Positions 22,006 to 31,532 of a stretch of DNA of 64,000 nt are shown here, in pieces. Origin of the DNA: a virus (taxonomy: Duplodnaviria; Heunggongvirae; Uroviricota; Caudoviricetes); the IMG/VR virus record IMGVR_UViG_3300028584_001240. One strand, written 5' to 3'. The translations under genes and the position numbers were made by a program. The notes beneath the pieces were generated by a model. The model was not told where the DNA came from. It ran no database searches and was given only the letters and a program-made list of their open reading frames with translations. The stretch's first letter is position 1, and the number at the start of each line of letters is the position of its first letter.

Positions 22006-22749
22006 TCAAATTTTAATCATTTTATAGACATTGATTGCTTTTTTAATAAATTCTTCCGATTCATGCATTAAAGAAATCTCTGTCTCTTTAAATATTTCAT
22101 TGTTAATTCTGTTCACAATGATTTTAAAGAATAACGATTCAAGTTCATGTTCTGCATAATCAACACCACAATAAGAGTATACATCATCATTATTATTAAA
22201 AATAAAATAATCATTATCAAAAGAATAGTAAGTTTTAGTGCTATAAAATACTTCACCATCGCTTGTAACATTAATGACATAATTATTTAATCGAAAGATT
22301 TTCTGACCACCCACTGTCTTTTTCATACTAGGTAAAACTTGGAAGAGCTTGTTATTAAACCGGGCATTGTATAAATTATCAGAAGCTGATTTCGTAAAAT
22401 CATCAATAGCGTCAACCACTTCACAGATCCCAAGATGTTCACAAATTTCTTTTTGAATAGCGTCTAGAATTTCATGTTTATGCGAGTTGAATGGAAAAAA
22501 AGATAGCTCTCTGTTTAAAATAACGGTTTTATTTTTTTCATTAATTTTCAATTGATCACAGCGATGAATGTCAACCAACAAACGTAAAGGCCGTTCATTA
22601 AAGAATGTAAATGTTAAAACATAATCGTCAGAAATCATTTTTAGCACAGAAATACTGGGAGAATGAGTAACCTTATGTACAGAATAGCCACCCAAACAAA
22701 AATCAGTGTGGTAACGCTCTAAAAATTTATTAATAATTACTTCTAACAT
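22006..22749 (-). CDS. C-terminal tail family protein (247 aa; ends ...INVYKMIKI)
   Basis: ORF table. Tail motif. Confidence 0.55.
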   Translation of the reverse strand: MLEVIINKFLERYHTDFCLGGYSVHKVTHSPSISVLKMISDDYVLTFTFFNERPLRLLVDIHRCDQLKINEKNKTVILNRELSFFPFNSHKHEILDAIQKEICEHLGICEVVDAIDDFTKSASDNLYNARFNNKLFQVLPSMKKTVGGQKIFRLNNYVINVTSDGEVFYSTKTYYSFDNDYFIFNNNDDVYSYCGVDYAEHELESLFFKIIVNRINNEIFKETEISLMHESEEFIKKAINVYKMIKI

Positions 22750-22758
22750 GTAATATCC

Positions 22759-23538
22759 TTAAATAGTCAGCATTTCTAATAATTGTATTTGTTCTTGATA
22801 TTTGTTATCAAAGTCAATGTCAAAATCAATATTTTTAAAACTTCTGTTGATATTTTTACGAATGGCACGTCTTCTTTTAACTGAAATATAATTTAAAAGC
22901 TGTTCTTTGTTCATATAGTGTTCATCAACTGAATAATGTTCATCAACATTATTAAATTTGATAGCAATAACGTCCCTATCAGAAAAGATGATGTCAATAT
23001 TATAGTTAACAATGATGTTCATATCAGTATCAAAACCTAAATGTTTACCAATAACGGTATTCATTTTAACTCGTCTATTTATTTTTTTATAAAAATCTTT
23101 ATATCCAATTTCGTAAATCAATTTATTAGTATTAAAGAAATCATGACAAGAATCCGAAATGGCATTGAACCGTTTAAATGATTGAATGGAGTCTAGTTGT
23201 TCATCATCAGTTTTAATAAAATCAAATATCTCAAAAACTCTTTTATATTCAATAGTAATAAAAGGTGCAGCCTTCAAAAAATCACGATAAATAGGCTGCT
23301 CTGGTGTTTTTAATGTAGCTAATTGAATTTTTATAGTGCTAGTGTGTGGGATAATTTCAAAAATATAGCAAGTCTCATCATTAAGATGAAAAGAGACATT
23401 AGACGAACCACTCGTATTGTAGCCATATTTCATTTCACTATCTGGCTTATTTTGGGAAATAATAGAGCCATACTTTTCAATAAACAAAGCAGTCAATCGA
23501 ACGAGTTCAGCATGTGTATTGCTCATATTACACCTCAA
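22759..23538 (-). CDS. C-terminal tail family protein (259 aa; ends ...IQLLEMLTI)
   Basis: ORF table. The start may be the internal Met MSNTH. Confidence 0.55.
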   Translation of the reverse strand: MRCNMSNTHAELVRLTALFIEKYGSIISQNKPDSEMKYGYNTSGSSNVSFHLNDETCYIFEIIPHTSTIKIQLATLKTPEQPIYRDFLKAAPFITIEYKRVFEIFDFIKTDDEQLDSIQSFKRFNAISDSCHDFFNTNKLIYEIGYKDFYKKINRRVKMNTVIGKHLGFDTDMNIIVNYNIDIIFSDRDVIAIKFNNVDEHYSVDEHYMNKEQLLNYISVKRRRAIRKNINRSFKNIDFDIDFDNKYQEQIQLLEMLTI

Positions 23539-24142
23539 TCATATCACAAAGAGACACATGAGAACGAATCGTTTCATCAGGCAATTCAAAAAAGAACTTC
23601 TTAGTCATCCCAACATTAGTTTTTTTGTTAACAATATAATGAAGAGAACCCATTGTTTCGACATAAAACAAATTAAGAAGTTCTTCCATAGTAACTTTTT
23701 TATGACTTTCGTTAACCTCACTAGGATGGCGGTAAGTGAGCCAAATATCACCCGTATCCAAATCAAACCAGAGATCTTTTTTATTCATTAGGTGGACCGG
23801 CCAGCAAAGGCGAAGAAAGTTACCAGAATAGATGTTTTTTATCCCCTCTTCTCGGGCTTCAAATTCTGTGTCGAAGCGATAATAGATAATCGAAGTTTTA
23901 GCGACTTTACCACTACTGGACTTACGACGATACGCTGTGCTGTATGTAATTCGTTCAAAATTATTGGATTGAGATTTCATGTAAGTGAATGTTGCTTCAA
24001 AACCATTCTCCATAACACGTCTCATAAAGCTTTCCACTGAAAAGCCAACATCCTGAAAAGCTCCAAGGTCAACACTCTTTTGAAATGCAGACTGAATAAA
24101 GGTCTTTACAGTAGTGAAATCAAATGAATTTAAATCTCTCAT
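23528..24142 (-). CDS. C-terminal tail family protein (204 aa; ends ...VSLCDMIEV)
   Basis: ORF table. Tail motif. Confidence 0.5.
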   Translation of the reverse strand: MRDLNSFDFTTVKTFIQSAFQKSVDLGAFQDVGFSVESFMRRVMENGFEATFTYMKSQSNNFERITYSTAYRRKSSSGKVAKTSIIYYRFDTEFEAREEGIKNIYSGNFLRLCWPVHLMNKKDLWFDLDTGDIWLTYRHPSEVNESHKKVTMEELLNLFYVETMGSLHYIVNKKTNVGMTKKFFFELPDETIRSHVSLCDMIEV

Positions 24143-24253
24143 GGTGATATAGCTCCAAAAAATGATGTCCCATCATAACATATTGGGTCATTTTGAGCAA
24201 GAAATAAAAAAGGCAACCGTTTTTGGCTGCCTATGGTATTTAAGTGGTTAAAA

Positions 24254-24409
24254 TCAATAACCGAGTGCTTTTTCTCGTAGCTGTTCGAAACGATCCCATG
24301 CTTGTTCTTTCGATACCCGTGGTGCAAATTTGGCTTCATGCTGTTTCCATGCCAGCTCAATTTCACGTTCTTTGCGTTCAGTTTTGGTGTTCACTACAAT
24401 TTTAGCCAT
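24254..24409 (-). CDS. small hypothetical protein (~51 aa, MAKIVVNTKTERKEREIELAWKQHEAKFAPRVSKEQAWDRFEQLREKALGY)
   Basis: Manual translation. GAGGAT SD upstream. Locally higher GC. Below the 60-aa cutoff of the ORF track. The overlapping 75-aa table ORF (24139..24366) is probably spurious. Confidence 0.45.
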   Translation of the reverse strand: MAKIVVNTKTERKEREIELAWKQHEAKFAPRVSKEQAWDRFEQLREKALGY

Positions 24410-24525
24410 ATCTAAATCCTCATTTAATTAAGCTTATGTGTTTGAGCTTTAAATATAGCAATATTTATCTTTATTGTCAATAGCCGAAAATAAACGAATT
24501 AAAGGCTTTAAAATAAGTAAATAAA

Positions 24526-24555
24526 TTGACAGATATCGTCATATTTTGCTATAAT
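24526..24555 (+). promoter_or_regulatory. near-consensus sigma70 promoter (TTGACA, 18 nt spacer, TATAAT) upstream of 24585 gene
   Basis: ttgacagatatcgtcatattttgctataat read directly. SD agaggtg follows at 24570-24576. Confidence 0.6.
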
Positions 24556-24584
24556 AGCCCAAATTTTAAAGAGGTGTTTATTGT

Positions 24585-26729
24585 ATGCATATCAATCCTA
24601 AGTTTTACAAAGTGCTTGAAGAACTGTGTTTGAAACAACAAGGTTATCACTATCATGGTTATAATTCAAGTTTCGATAGAGACTATGGGGCATTTGTTTA
24701 TTTAGACGATCTAGCGGACACTTGTAGATATGAAGCATTTAAAAAATATAATTTATCTGATATTCGTAATGATAATGATTTTAAACTGTGTTTAGGTTTA
24801 GAATTCCTAGATATGGATTTATCCATGCTCAGTATGACCAATAGAAAACTTGAAATGTGTAATTACATGGATTTTGACAGTGAGTCTCGACAATTCATGC
24901 CATCCATGATGAAAAGAAACAAAGATTTCTCAAAAGAAGAAATTATAAAAACATTTGAATACAAACTGATGAATTTTGAAAGTTCTATACAAATGAGCTA
25001 TCATGCGATCAGAGAAACATTTATGGTTCGAAATTTTTTAAATTGCACACCACTGGTAGATGAATGGTTGTCGTTTGCAAAGAAACATAATGTATCCATT
25101 GACAGTGAAATGGCACCTGTCCTTGAGTTTTTAGAAAAAGATAAGGATAGCTTTAAAATCTATCAGCAATTGATGTCTGATTTTAGTGATATTAGAAATA
25201 ATTCGATAGGGTTTATCAAGAAATCTCACAGTATCATGAGAGAGATTTATTACAACAAACCACACCACGGATTTGAAGGCTTTATTAATCCACACTATGG
25301 AATGAATTCAAACGACAATCGAATGACTGGTGAGCAATATGTTGTAGATAAGGAAATTATCAATGAGGTAGACACGCTTCAAGAAAAAATTGATTTTTTG
25401 AAAAATAACATCAAAAAGGCTATTAGTTCTGTTAAAAACGATGAATATGATGAAGTCGAAATTAGAAACAATAATAAAGTATTAGTCACTGCAATCTATT
25501 CAGCCTATAAGAAACTGAAAGATAAAATTGCTCTACCTGTAACAAAAGCAAAGTTTTTCAGTGAAGATGTAACGCTTTTGACACCTAATAAAATATGTGA
25601 CGAACATGCTATTGAGACTTTTTTAGAAAAAAGAACGAAAGATGTTATGTTGATTGCTGAGAATATTTCTCATCAAAATATCCATTATAAAAAAGTAATC
25701 GTTTTTGAAGATAAAAGTTTAGCTGTTTTGGTGGATGGTCAAGAACGATTTGAAGTTTTTGTTGATATTAATGAAACCAAACACCTTGTAAAAGCAGCAA
25801 TGGTTGGTTACTTGAAACACATGCTTAGAAAAAACCCAACAATTGCCAAGGTTATCAGCAATGCATTTGAAAGTAATATTAACAAAATAAATGAGAGTAC
25901 TGAGCGGTATCATGATAGACCATTCCAGCTCAATAAAATTATGGTATCTATTGATACTTATTTCAAAAATGAAAACATTTTAAAATCCTTGAAATTTGAT
26001 TTCATTGAAACTTGCAAAAAATTATCTTCATTTGAAAAAATTGATGACAAGATGCATAAATTAATTCGTGAACATAAAATTAAAAAATACGCTGAAAGCA
26101 TTGTGAGTAGCAAGTATAAACATTTGTATAATGCTCAAAGTTATAAGTTATTTAAGGAACTCTATGATTTAGGGATCGATTTGAAGATTGTTCAAGAAAT
26201 GATTGGTAAAAAGTTGGCGGCTGTTGAAACTGAAAAAATGTTTAATGAACATATTAAAAGTTTAATCAATAGTTTTAATGATTTTGATATGGAATCCATT
26301 AAAATTAAAGCTTCATCTAACAAAGTAAACGTTATTTCAGATACTGATAATATTCTTATTCTTGAAATCTCTAACTTTGAGCAATCTAAGAAATTAGGAA
26401 GCGGTTCTTGGTGCATTAGTCGAAACAAGACGTATTTTGACCAATATGTTGAAAGAGATGGAAAGCAATATTTCATTTATGATTTCAATCAAACATCAAA
26501 AAGTGTTAAATCACTGGTGGGCATCACTTTAACAAGTACAAAAACGGTAAAAGCGGCTCATAGTAAAAGTGATGGACATTTTAGCGACAAGAAGATGATT
26601 GATTATCTCATTGAGAAGGTGACGAAACTAGAAGAACAAGTCAAACCAAAAGTGACTGCAGTTAGAAAGACTAGAAAGAAAAAAGAAATTGATGGTGTCG
26701 ATATTACTCATTTAACCATTGGCTTCTAA
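24585..26729 (+). CDS. large hypothetical protein (714 aa), paralog of 5898..7892 (shared C-terminal SWCI/YFIYD domain)
   Basis: ORF table, compared by eye. Followed by a terminator and three tandem small membrane-protein genes. Confidence 0.6.
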   Translation: MHINPKFYKVLEELCLKQQGYHYHGYNSSFDRDYGAFVYLDDLADTCRYEAFKKYNLSDIRNDNDFKLCLGLEFLDMDLSMLSMTNRKLEMCNYMDFDSESRQFMPSMMKRNKDFSKEEIIKTFEYKLMNFESSIQMSYHAIRETFMVRNFLNCTPLVDEWLSFAKKHNVSIDSEMAPVLEFLEKDKDSFKIYQQLMSDFSDIRNNSIGFIKKSHSIMREIYYNKPHHGFEGFINPHYGMNSNDNRMTGEQYVVDKEIINEVDTLQEKIDFLKNNIKKAISSVKNDEYDEVEIRNNNKVLVTAIYSAYKKLKDKIALPVTKAKFFSEDVTLLTPNKICDEHAIETFLEKRTKDVMLIAENISHQNIHYKKVIVFEDKSLAVLVDGQERFEVFVDINETKHLVKAAMVGYLKHMLRKNPTIAKVISNAFESNINKINESTERYHDRPFQLNKIMVSIDTYFKNENILKSLKFDFIETCKKLSSFEKIDDKMHKLIREHKIKKYAESIVSSKYKHLYNAQSYKLFKELYDLGIDLKIVQEMIGKKLAAVETEKMFNEHIKSLINSFNDFDMESIKIKASSNKVNVISDTDNILILEISNFEQSKKLGSGSWCISRNKTYFDQYVERDGKQYFIYDFNQTSKSVKSLVGITLTSTKTVKAAHSKSDGHFSDKKMIDYLIEKVTKLEEQVKPKVTAVRKTRKKKEIDGVDITHLTIGF

Positions 26730-26740
26730 CTAGAGTATGT

Positions 26741-26766
26741 AAAAAAGACACTTCGGTGTCTTTTTT
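26741..26766 (+). terminator. intrinsic terminator (gacac-ttcg-gtgtc + T6)
   Basis: aaaaaagacacttcggtgtctttttt read directly. Confidence 0.65.
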
Positions 26767-26876
26767 ATTATCTGATGATTGCAAAAGGAAATCGTCATAT
26801 TATAATACTTAAAGTAGCAAAATAAATTAGATGTATTATTTAAACCACAACCTAAAACAATTATAATAAGGAAATT

Positions 26877-27317
26877 ATGAACACGCAGGATCAATCAATA
26901 TTAACTACAATTTATAGAATATTTATAGGACTCACAATCTGTGGGCCAATCATGGCATTATTCATTTCACTGCCCTTTGGACTACCAGTGGTGTTAACAA
27001 TCGCTCTAATAGCCAACTTAATAATGTCTATGAAATATTACAACGAACTGGTTCGCTCATCTTTTGATAGAGAGATTAGAAAATTACTTCATTTTTTTAC
27101 GACATCAATTACTATTTTGTTTCTAACATCCATACCTGCTTTAATAACTTCATACACTGTTGTAAATGACATGACTGCGACGATGGATATGATTGCTGTG
27201 GTTATTAAATTTATAGGATCTATCGTTGCATGGGGATATTACTTAGTTGTTTTGATAAAGGAATATCATCAATTTGAAAAAATGAAAAATAAAAAAAATA
27301 ATATATTTATAGCTTGA
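26877..27317 (+). CDS. small multi-pass membrane protein, paralog 1 of 3 (146 aa, ~4 predicted TM segments, KYY motif)
   Basis: Hydrophobic segments read from the ORF translation. Related to the next two ORFs. Confidence 0.55.
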   Translation: MNTQDQSILTTIYRIFIGLTICGPIMALFISLPFGLPVVLTIALIANLIMSMKYYNELVRSSFDREIRKLLHFFTTSITILFLTSIPALITSYTVVNDMTATMDMIAVVIKFIGSIVAWGYYLVVLIKEYHQFEKMKNKKNNIFIA

Positions 27318-27334
27318 AAACAACAATAATATTT

Positions 27335-27358
27335 AAAAGGCACTTAGGTGTCTTTTTT
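27335..27358 (+). terminator. terminator-like hairpin ggcac-ttag-gtgtc + T7 (member of repeated terminator motif)
   Basis: Read directly. Confidence 0.5.
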
Positions 27359-27875
27359 TAGTTCATTCGATTGTAAAAGAACAACTACATATTATAATAA
27401 TATAAACAACAATCAAAGATGTGTCCTCATGGATGACAACAACCGATATTCAACATTGAATAATATTTATAAAGCGTTAATTTTTATGACGTTTGCAGTG
27501 CCTACACTTTGTTTTTACATTGCGTTTCAATCGTATATACTTGCCATTCTTTTACTACTTTTATTCATTATTGTTCCACATGCCTTAATTTGGACAAAAT
27601 ATTATAAGCTTACTGACCATGACACTTTTCAATTGCATATTAAAAAAATATTGATGGCTTTTTGGATATCCGGTGGGATACTTTTAGTTTCTTTGTTGCC
27701 AATGTTAGTTTTTGTTGGAGCCGATGGTGGTCAACCCACTGGCGGCGAATATCTAATGATGTTCTTAGCAGCAATTGGATGTTTCATAGGGCCAGCGTTT
27801 TCTTGGTCTTATTATGGCTACAAATTGATGAAAAATTATAGTTTACTTGATAAACAAATAAGAGGTGAGATATGA
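27348..27875 (+). CDS. small multi-pass membrane protein, paralog 2 (175 aa; true start possibly the later Met MDDNN)
   Basis: ORF table. Hydrophobic segments and KYY motif. Confidence 0.5.
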   Translation: MSFFSSFDCKRTTTYYNNINNNQRCVLMDDNNRYSTLNNIYKALIFMTFAVPTLCFYIAFQSYILAILLLLLFIIVPHALIWTKYYKLTDHDTFQLHIKKILMAFWISGGILLVSLLPMLVFVGADGGQPTGGEYLMMFLAAIGCFIGPAFSWSYYGYKLMKNYSLLDKQIRGEI

Positions 27876-28300
27876 ATAGTTTTAACGAATACGAGTGTTT
27901 AAAGAACATTTATTCAAGAATGATCATGCTCACAGCTATATCACCAATAGCTGTCTTATTTTTTGGCCCATTTTTGTTTTTATATATATTGATACCTAAT
28001 CTTTATATTTATGTTAAATATTATAAAAGACATGGCAATACAAAATTTGAAGGGCATATCAGAAAAATACTTAAAACATGTTTAATTTCGTTAAGTGTTC
28101 TATTTATATTTTTGTTACCACTTATATCAATGGCCTTCATAGACTTTACAAAAATATATCAAGGAACAGCTTATATGATTTTAATGGTAGCAATGATTTG
28201 TGTTGGTGTTGGTCTTTTGATTTCGTGGGCTTATTATTTTCATAACTTAATGAAGCTATCAAAAACTATAGATGAAAATGACTTTAACAAACTTATTTAA
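27872..28300 (+). CDS. small multi-pass membrane protein, paralog 3 (142 aa)
   Basis: ATGA start/stop overlap with the previous gene. KYY motif. Terminator follows. Confidence 0.55.
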   Translation: MNSFNEYECLKNIYSRMIMLTAISPIAVLFFGPFLFLYILIPNLYIYVKYYKRHGNTKFEGHIRKILKTCLISLSVLFIFLLPLISMAFIDFTKIYQGTAYMILMVAMICVGVGLLISWAYYFHNLMKLSKTIDENDFNKLI

Positions 28301-28302
28301 AT

Positions 28303-28327
28303 AAAAAGGCACCTACGTGCCTTTTTT
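28303..28327. terminator. bidirectional terminator ggcac-ctac-gtgcc + T6
   Basis: aaaaaggcacctacgtgcctttttt read directly. Confidence 0.65.
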
Positions 28328-28332
28328 AATGC

Positions 28333-28746
28333 TTATTTTCCGTGCCATACATAACAGGGCTTAACCGCACAAATCGTGTAGCTATTGCTACCGACATGGC
28401 CCCAGTCTTCAACATACACACGCCAGCCAAGATCATTTGAACCATCATGTTGACAATCACCTTCCCACGGCTCTTTGAGTTCAATATGTTTTGCATCACG
28501 ACTGGCAAGCCACTGCTTAGCAAACGTATATGCTTCTGCAGCATAAATAGGTTCAGGAAACGCAATCGCTTCTGGTGTATTGTACCATAGAAAGACCAGC
28601 CCTTTGGTCGGCATGACAATATATCCTTTGGCTGATGCACCTTGTTCATTGTAATTACTTTGAATGTGAAACGCTAGTTTGATAGCTAGCTCAAGGTGTT
28701 CATCATCTTCGCCATTAACGTTAAAAATACGGTTATCGAAACTCAT
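28333..28746 (-). CDS. hypothetical protein (137 aa), locally higher GC
   Basis: Chosen over the overlapping 28326..28649 ORF because it is longer with better codon texture. Confidence 0.45.
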   Translation of the reverse strand: MSFDNRIFNVNGEDDEHLELAIKLAFHIQSNYNEQGASAKGYIVMPTKGLVFLWYNTPEAIAFPEPIYAAEAYTFAKQWLASRDAKHIELKEPWEGDCQHDGSNDLGWRVYVEDWGHVGSNSYTICAVKPCYVWHGK

Positions 28747-28799
28747 AGGGCAGACCTCTTAAAATAGATGGCTAAGTATATAGTAATTAGACGATTAGG

Positions 28800-29573
28800 T
28801 CAAATCAAAGACATCTCAGCTAAAGAAATATATTGTGGAAGATTCTTTTTATCTTGTAAAAACGTATCATTATCCATTTTCAGTAATTTAATTAAGACAA
28901 CACGAATACGTCTGAACGCATATCGTTTCAAGTGTCTAAACAATTGTGCTTCATTGACAACTTTATAATTTTTTCTATTACGACCGACTGAACTTAATGA
29001 TGTTAGGGTGCTCACTCGAAGTTGTTTGATATCATCCACTGGTTTAGAGATTTCAACTCGTACAACATAGCCATAGTTAACTAAAAAATCAATGTTAATT
29101 AATAGTTTTGGGGTTTCAGTAAAATCAAAAGACACACTGAAAAATATTTTGCTCCGCATAGCGACATCAGCCGCCCGGTATAAAGGTTTTTTTACATCGT
29201 GAAAATTTAAAGGTGTGATATCAACAGGAAGACTCATCTCATCAATATTAGGAAACGTTTTCAAACTTTTTTCATACGAATCATATGAGATCAATTTGTG
29301 TTCATCAAAACATTGAGCAACAGATGTCATCATGCCTACGATGGTAACAAATGACAGTTCGAAATAATTGCAAATATGTTCCATAATTTCTCTATTACAT
29401 CGTATATTTAAACTAGAACGATTAGCATTACAAATAAAACCAGTAGATTTAAAACTATTATACCTTGGAAATATATCGACTAATTGATTATCATGCTCAA
29501 ATGGAATGACAGATGACAAATGTTGTTGAAACTTTCGGATTTCATCCGCTTCCAGTGAAGTAATTTTTTGCAT
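28800..29573 (-). CDS. C-terminal tail family protein (257 aa; ends ...YISLAEMSLI)
   Basis: ORF table. Tail motif. Confidence 0.55.
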   Translation of the reverse strand: MQKITSLEADEIRKFQQHLSSVIPFEHDNQLVDIFPRYNSFKSTGFICNANRSSLNIRCNREIMEHICNYFELSFVTIVGMMTSVAQCFDEHKLISYDSYEKSLKTFPNIDEMSLPVDITPLNFHDVKKPLYRAADVAMRSKIFFSVSFDFTETPKLLINIDFLVNYGYVVRVEISKPVDDIKQLRVSTLTSLSSVGRNRKNYKVVNEAQLFRHLKRYAFRRIRVVLIKLLKMDNDTFLQDKKNLPQYISLAEMSLI

Positions 29574-30274
29574 TAAATAGTATCCATAGCAATCAGTGTC
29601 ATATATCGTCCAATGTCGTCAAATTCGGCTGATTTAATATCTTGTCGGCTGAACAATTTAATCTTCTTTGTCGTCAACAAACAAAGAACACGTTGTCGAA
29701 TAGCTTTTTTAATGATGTCATCAATTGATTGCATGTTATAATCAGGTGTAACACTCAGTAAGAAACGTTCTTTACGAGCCGTAGGTAAATAAATATCCAG
29801 AATCGGTTCAAAATGGTCACCTTTAACAATGAATCGCATTACTAATCGTACACTTGGATAAATATTATACCCTTTTCTAATGGTGTAAAAGGTTTCTTTA
29901 TTGGCAATGACATTCCTATCTTTCAGAGGAACCATCATTTCATAATTAAAACTATCGGCATGAAAGTTTTCAATATCAAAGGTAGGTTGATGACTGACAG
30001 TGGTTGTCAATTGAGTGTTTTCCATGCGTGACATATACAGATCAACAATTTCTCTCACAATCTTGAAATCCATTGAAAATAATCCATAAATCTCTTTAAG
30101 CATATTAAGATTTAAGGCAGTAACATTCACTTCAAAAACATCGGCTTTAATTTGACTTAGAGTCATGTATTGAGTGTAATTATTTTCCTCAATAAAATAT
30201 TTAAAGATACCTTCTTGATGGGCTTTTTTGTATTCATTGATTTCATTGATAACAATCTGTTTAAAGTTTTTCAT
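29573..30274 (-). CDS. C-terminal tail family protein (233 aa; ends ...MTLIAMDTI)
   Basis: ORF table. 1-nt overlap with the neighbour. Confidence 0.55.
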   Translation of the reverse strand: MKNFKQIVINEINEYKKAHQEGIFKYFIEENNYTQYMTLSQIKADVFEVNVTALNLNMLKEIYGLFSMDFKIVREIVDLYMSRMENTQLTTTVSHQPTFDIENFHADSFNYEMMVPLKDRNVIANKETFYTIRKGYNIYPSVRLVMRFIVKGDHFEPILDIYLPTARKERFLLSVTPDYNMQSIDDIIKKAIRQRVLCLLTTKKIKLFSRQDIKSAEFDDIGRYMTLIAMDTI

Positions 30275-30275
30275 T

Positions 30276-31013
30276 TTAAATTTTTTCCATGCTAAGAACG
30301 GTTAAGTATTGTTTAAGCGTTTCTTCATCAAATTCAACAGCGTCAAAACATTCTTCTGGGTAAGCGTCAATCAAGAAGGCTTTAAACTCACTCAGCACAC
30401 CTTCTTTGACTACTTTTTGGGCGACTTCATATAATTCATCGTTACCAAGAATAACAGAGAAATAGCCCTCTTCTGAGAGTGGGAATGTGATTTTAGCCCT
30501 TGGTTGAATGACACCATCTTGAAAATGCAAAAACAACTGAATATAAATACGGGCGTCTTTTAGATTTAATCCACCACTGAATTCCTTAGAGTAGTAATTA
30601 CCCTCTGCAGCGACTCCTGCAAAGGAATCATACTTACTGGTAAACTCTTCACGAAAGACAGCTTTTATATAAGAATCGTCATAACGGTCATGCATTTTGA
30701 AATCACGCATGTAGCTGACGTATGCTTCGCAAATAGAATCTACTTTGTCAAAATCAAAACCAAACGATTTATAAATTTGACGTTCAATCAATGAAAACTT
30801 GGTTTTCAAAACATAGATATCTGAATAGTCTTTAAATAGATTTTTTTCAACATTGATAGGTGTGAAATAATCAAGTTCCGACCATTTTACTGAATACTTT
30901 GTTAACTTTAATGATGTCTCATGAGCACCATTAAATAAAAGTTTATTCGTATCAAATGAATAGGCATTCAAGGTATTAACAAAATCTTTAAGCCCTTCGT
31001 TCATTGTACTCAT
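30276..31013 (-). CDS. C-terminal tail family protein (245 aa; ends ...YLTVLSMEKI)
   Basis: ORF table. Tail motif. Confidence 0.55.
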   Translation of the reverse strand: MSTMNEGLKDFVNTLNAYSFDTNKLLFNGAHETSLKLTKYSVKWSELDYFTPINVEKNLFKDYSDIYVLKTKFSLIERQIYKSFGFDFDKVDSICEAYVSYMRDFKMHDRYDDSYIKAVFREEFTSKYDSFAGVAAEGNYYSKEFSGGLNLKDARIYIQLFLHFQDGVIQPRAKITFPLSEEGYFSVILGNDELYEVAQKVVKEGVLSEFKAFLIDAYPEECFDAVEFDEETLKQYLTVLSMEKI

Positions 31014-31429
31014 GAGTTAAAACCTACACTGGATTCTGCTGTTTTAATGGAAACCCAATCCACCAAGGAAAGGACACTGAAATCACACATTTCATTAGTA
31101 ACAATAAAGGAACCCAGTGGGATTTTGAAATCTCCATGAACAAAGACTGAATGGTTTGTTTCAAAGTTAATTTGTTCGTCAAATGAATGCGTGAATGCCG
31201 CCAACGCTTCATCATAGCCAGCCATACCTTCTTCAAGTTTCTGGCAAGCACTCAAATCTTGTTGAACTTGCTCATAAAGATCTCGCCAACGGGTAATGAA
31301 AATAAACAAAGCATTTCTCAACAAATTATCAAATTCAATAACAGAATGATTAGATTCAATAACAATCACTGAAGCTTCGCTATTTTTACCATGATGGGTA
31401 AATGTTCTTGAAATAACAATCTGATTCAT
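31010..31429 (-). CDS. hypothetical protein (139 aa)
   Basis: 4-nt overlap with the downstream family gene. No tail motif. Confidence 0.45.
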   Translation of the reverse strand: MNQIVISRTFTHHGKNSEASVIVIESNHSVIEFDNLLRNALFIFITRWRDLYEQVQQDLSACQKLEEGMAGYDEALAAFTHSFDEQINFETNHSVFVHGDFKIPLGSFIVTNEMCDFSVLSLVDWVSIKTAESSVGFNS

Positions 31430-31490
31430 AATACGCTCTCTCTATAAAAATAATGCTTAAATTATAACACAACGATGAATTTTAGGCAAT

Positions 31491-31516
31491 AAAAAAGAAC
31501 CCGTAGGTTCTTTTTT
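31491..31516 (-). terminator. intrinsic terminator gaacc-cgta-ggttc + T6
   Basis: aaaaaagaacccgtaggttctttttt read directly. Lies between the start of 31010..31429 and the 3' end of 31533..32441, so it can terminate only the latter, on the minus strand. Confidence 0.6.
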
Positions 31517-31532
31517 AATTAAGCTTAGTCAA

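Noticed and set aside
24139-24366. 75-aa ORF from the six-frame track
   Set aside because: Out of frame with a better small gene carrying an SD at 24254..24409. No RBS. Overlaps the upstream gene.
28326-28649. 107-aa ORF overlapping 28333..28746 in another frame
   Set aside because: The alternative 137-aa frame is longer and has protein-like composition. Only one can be real.
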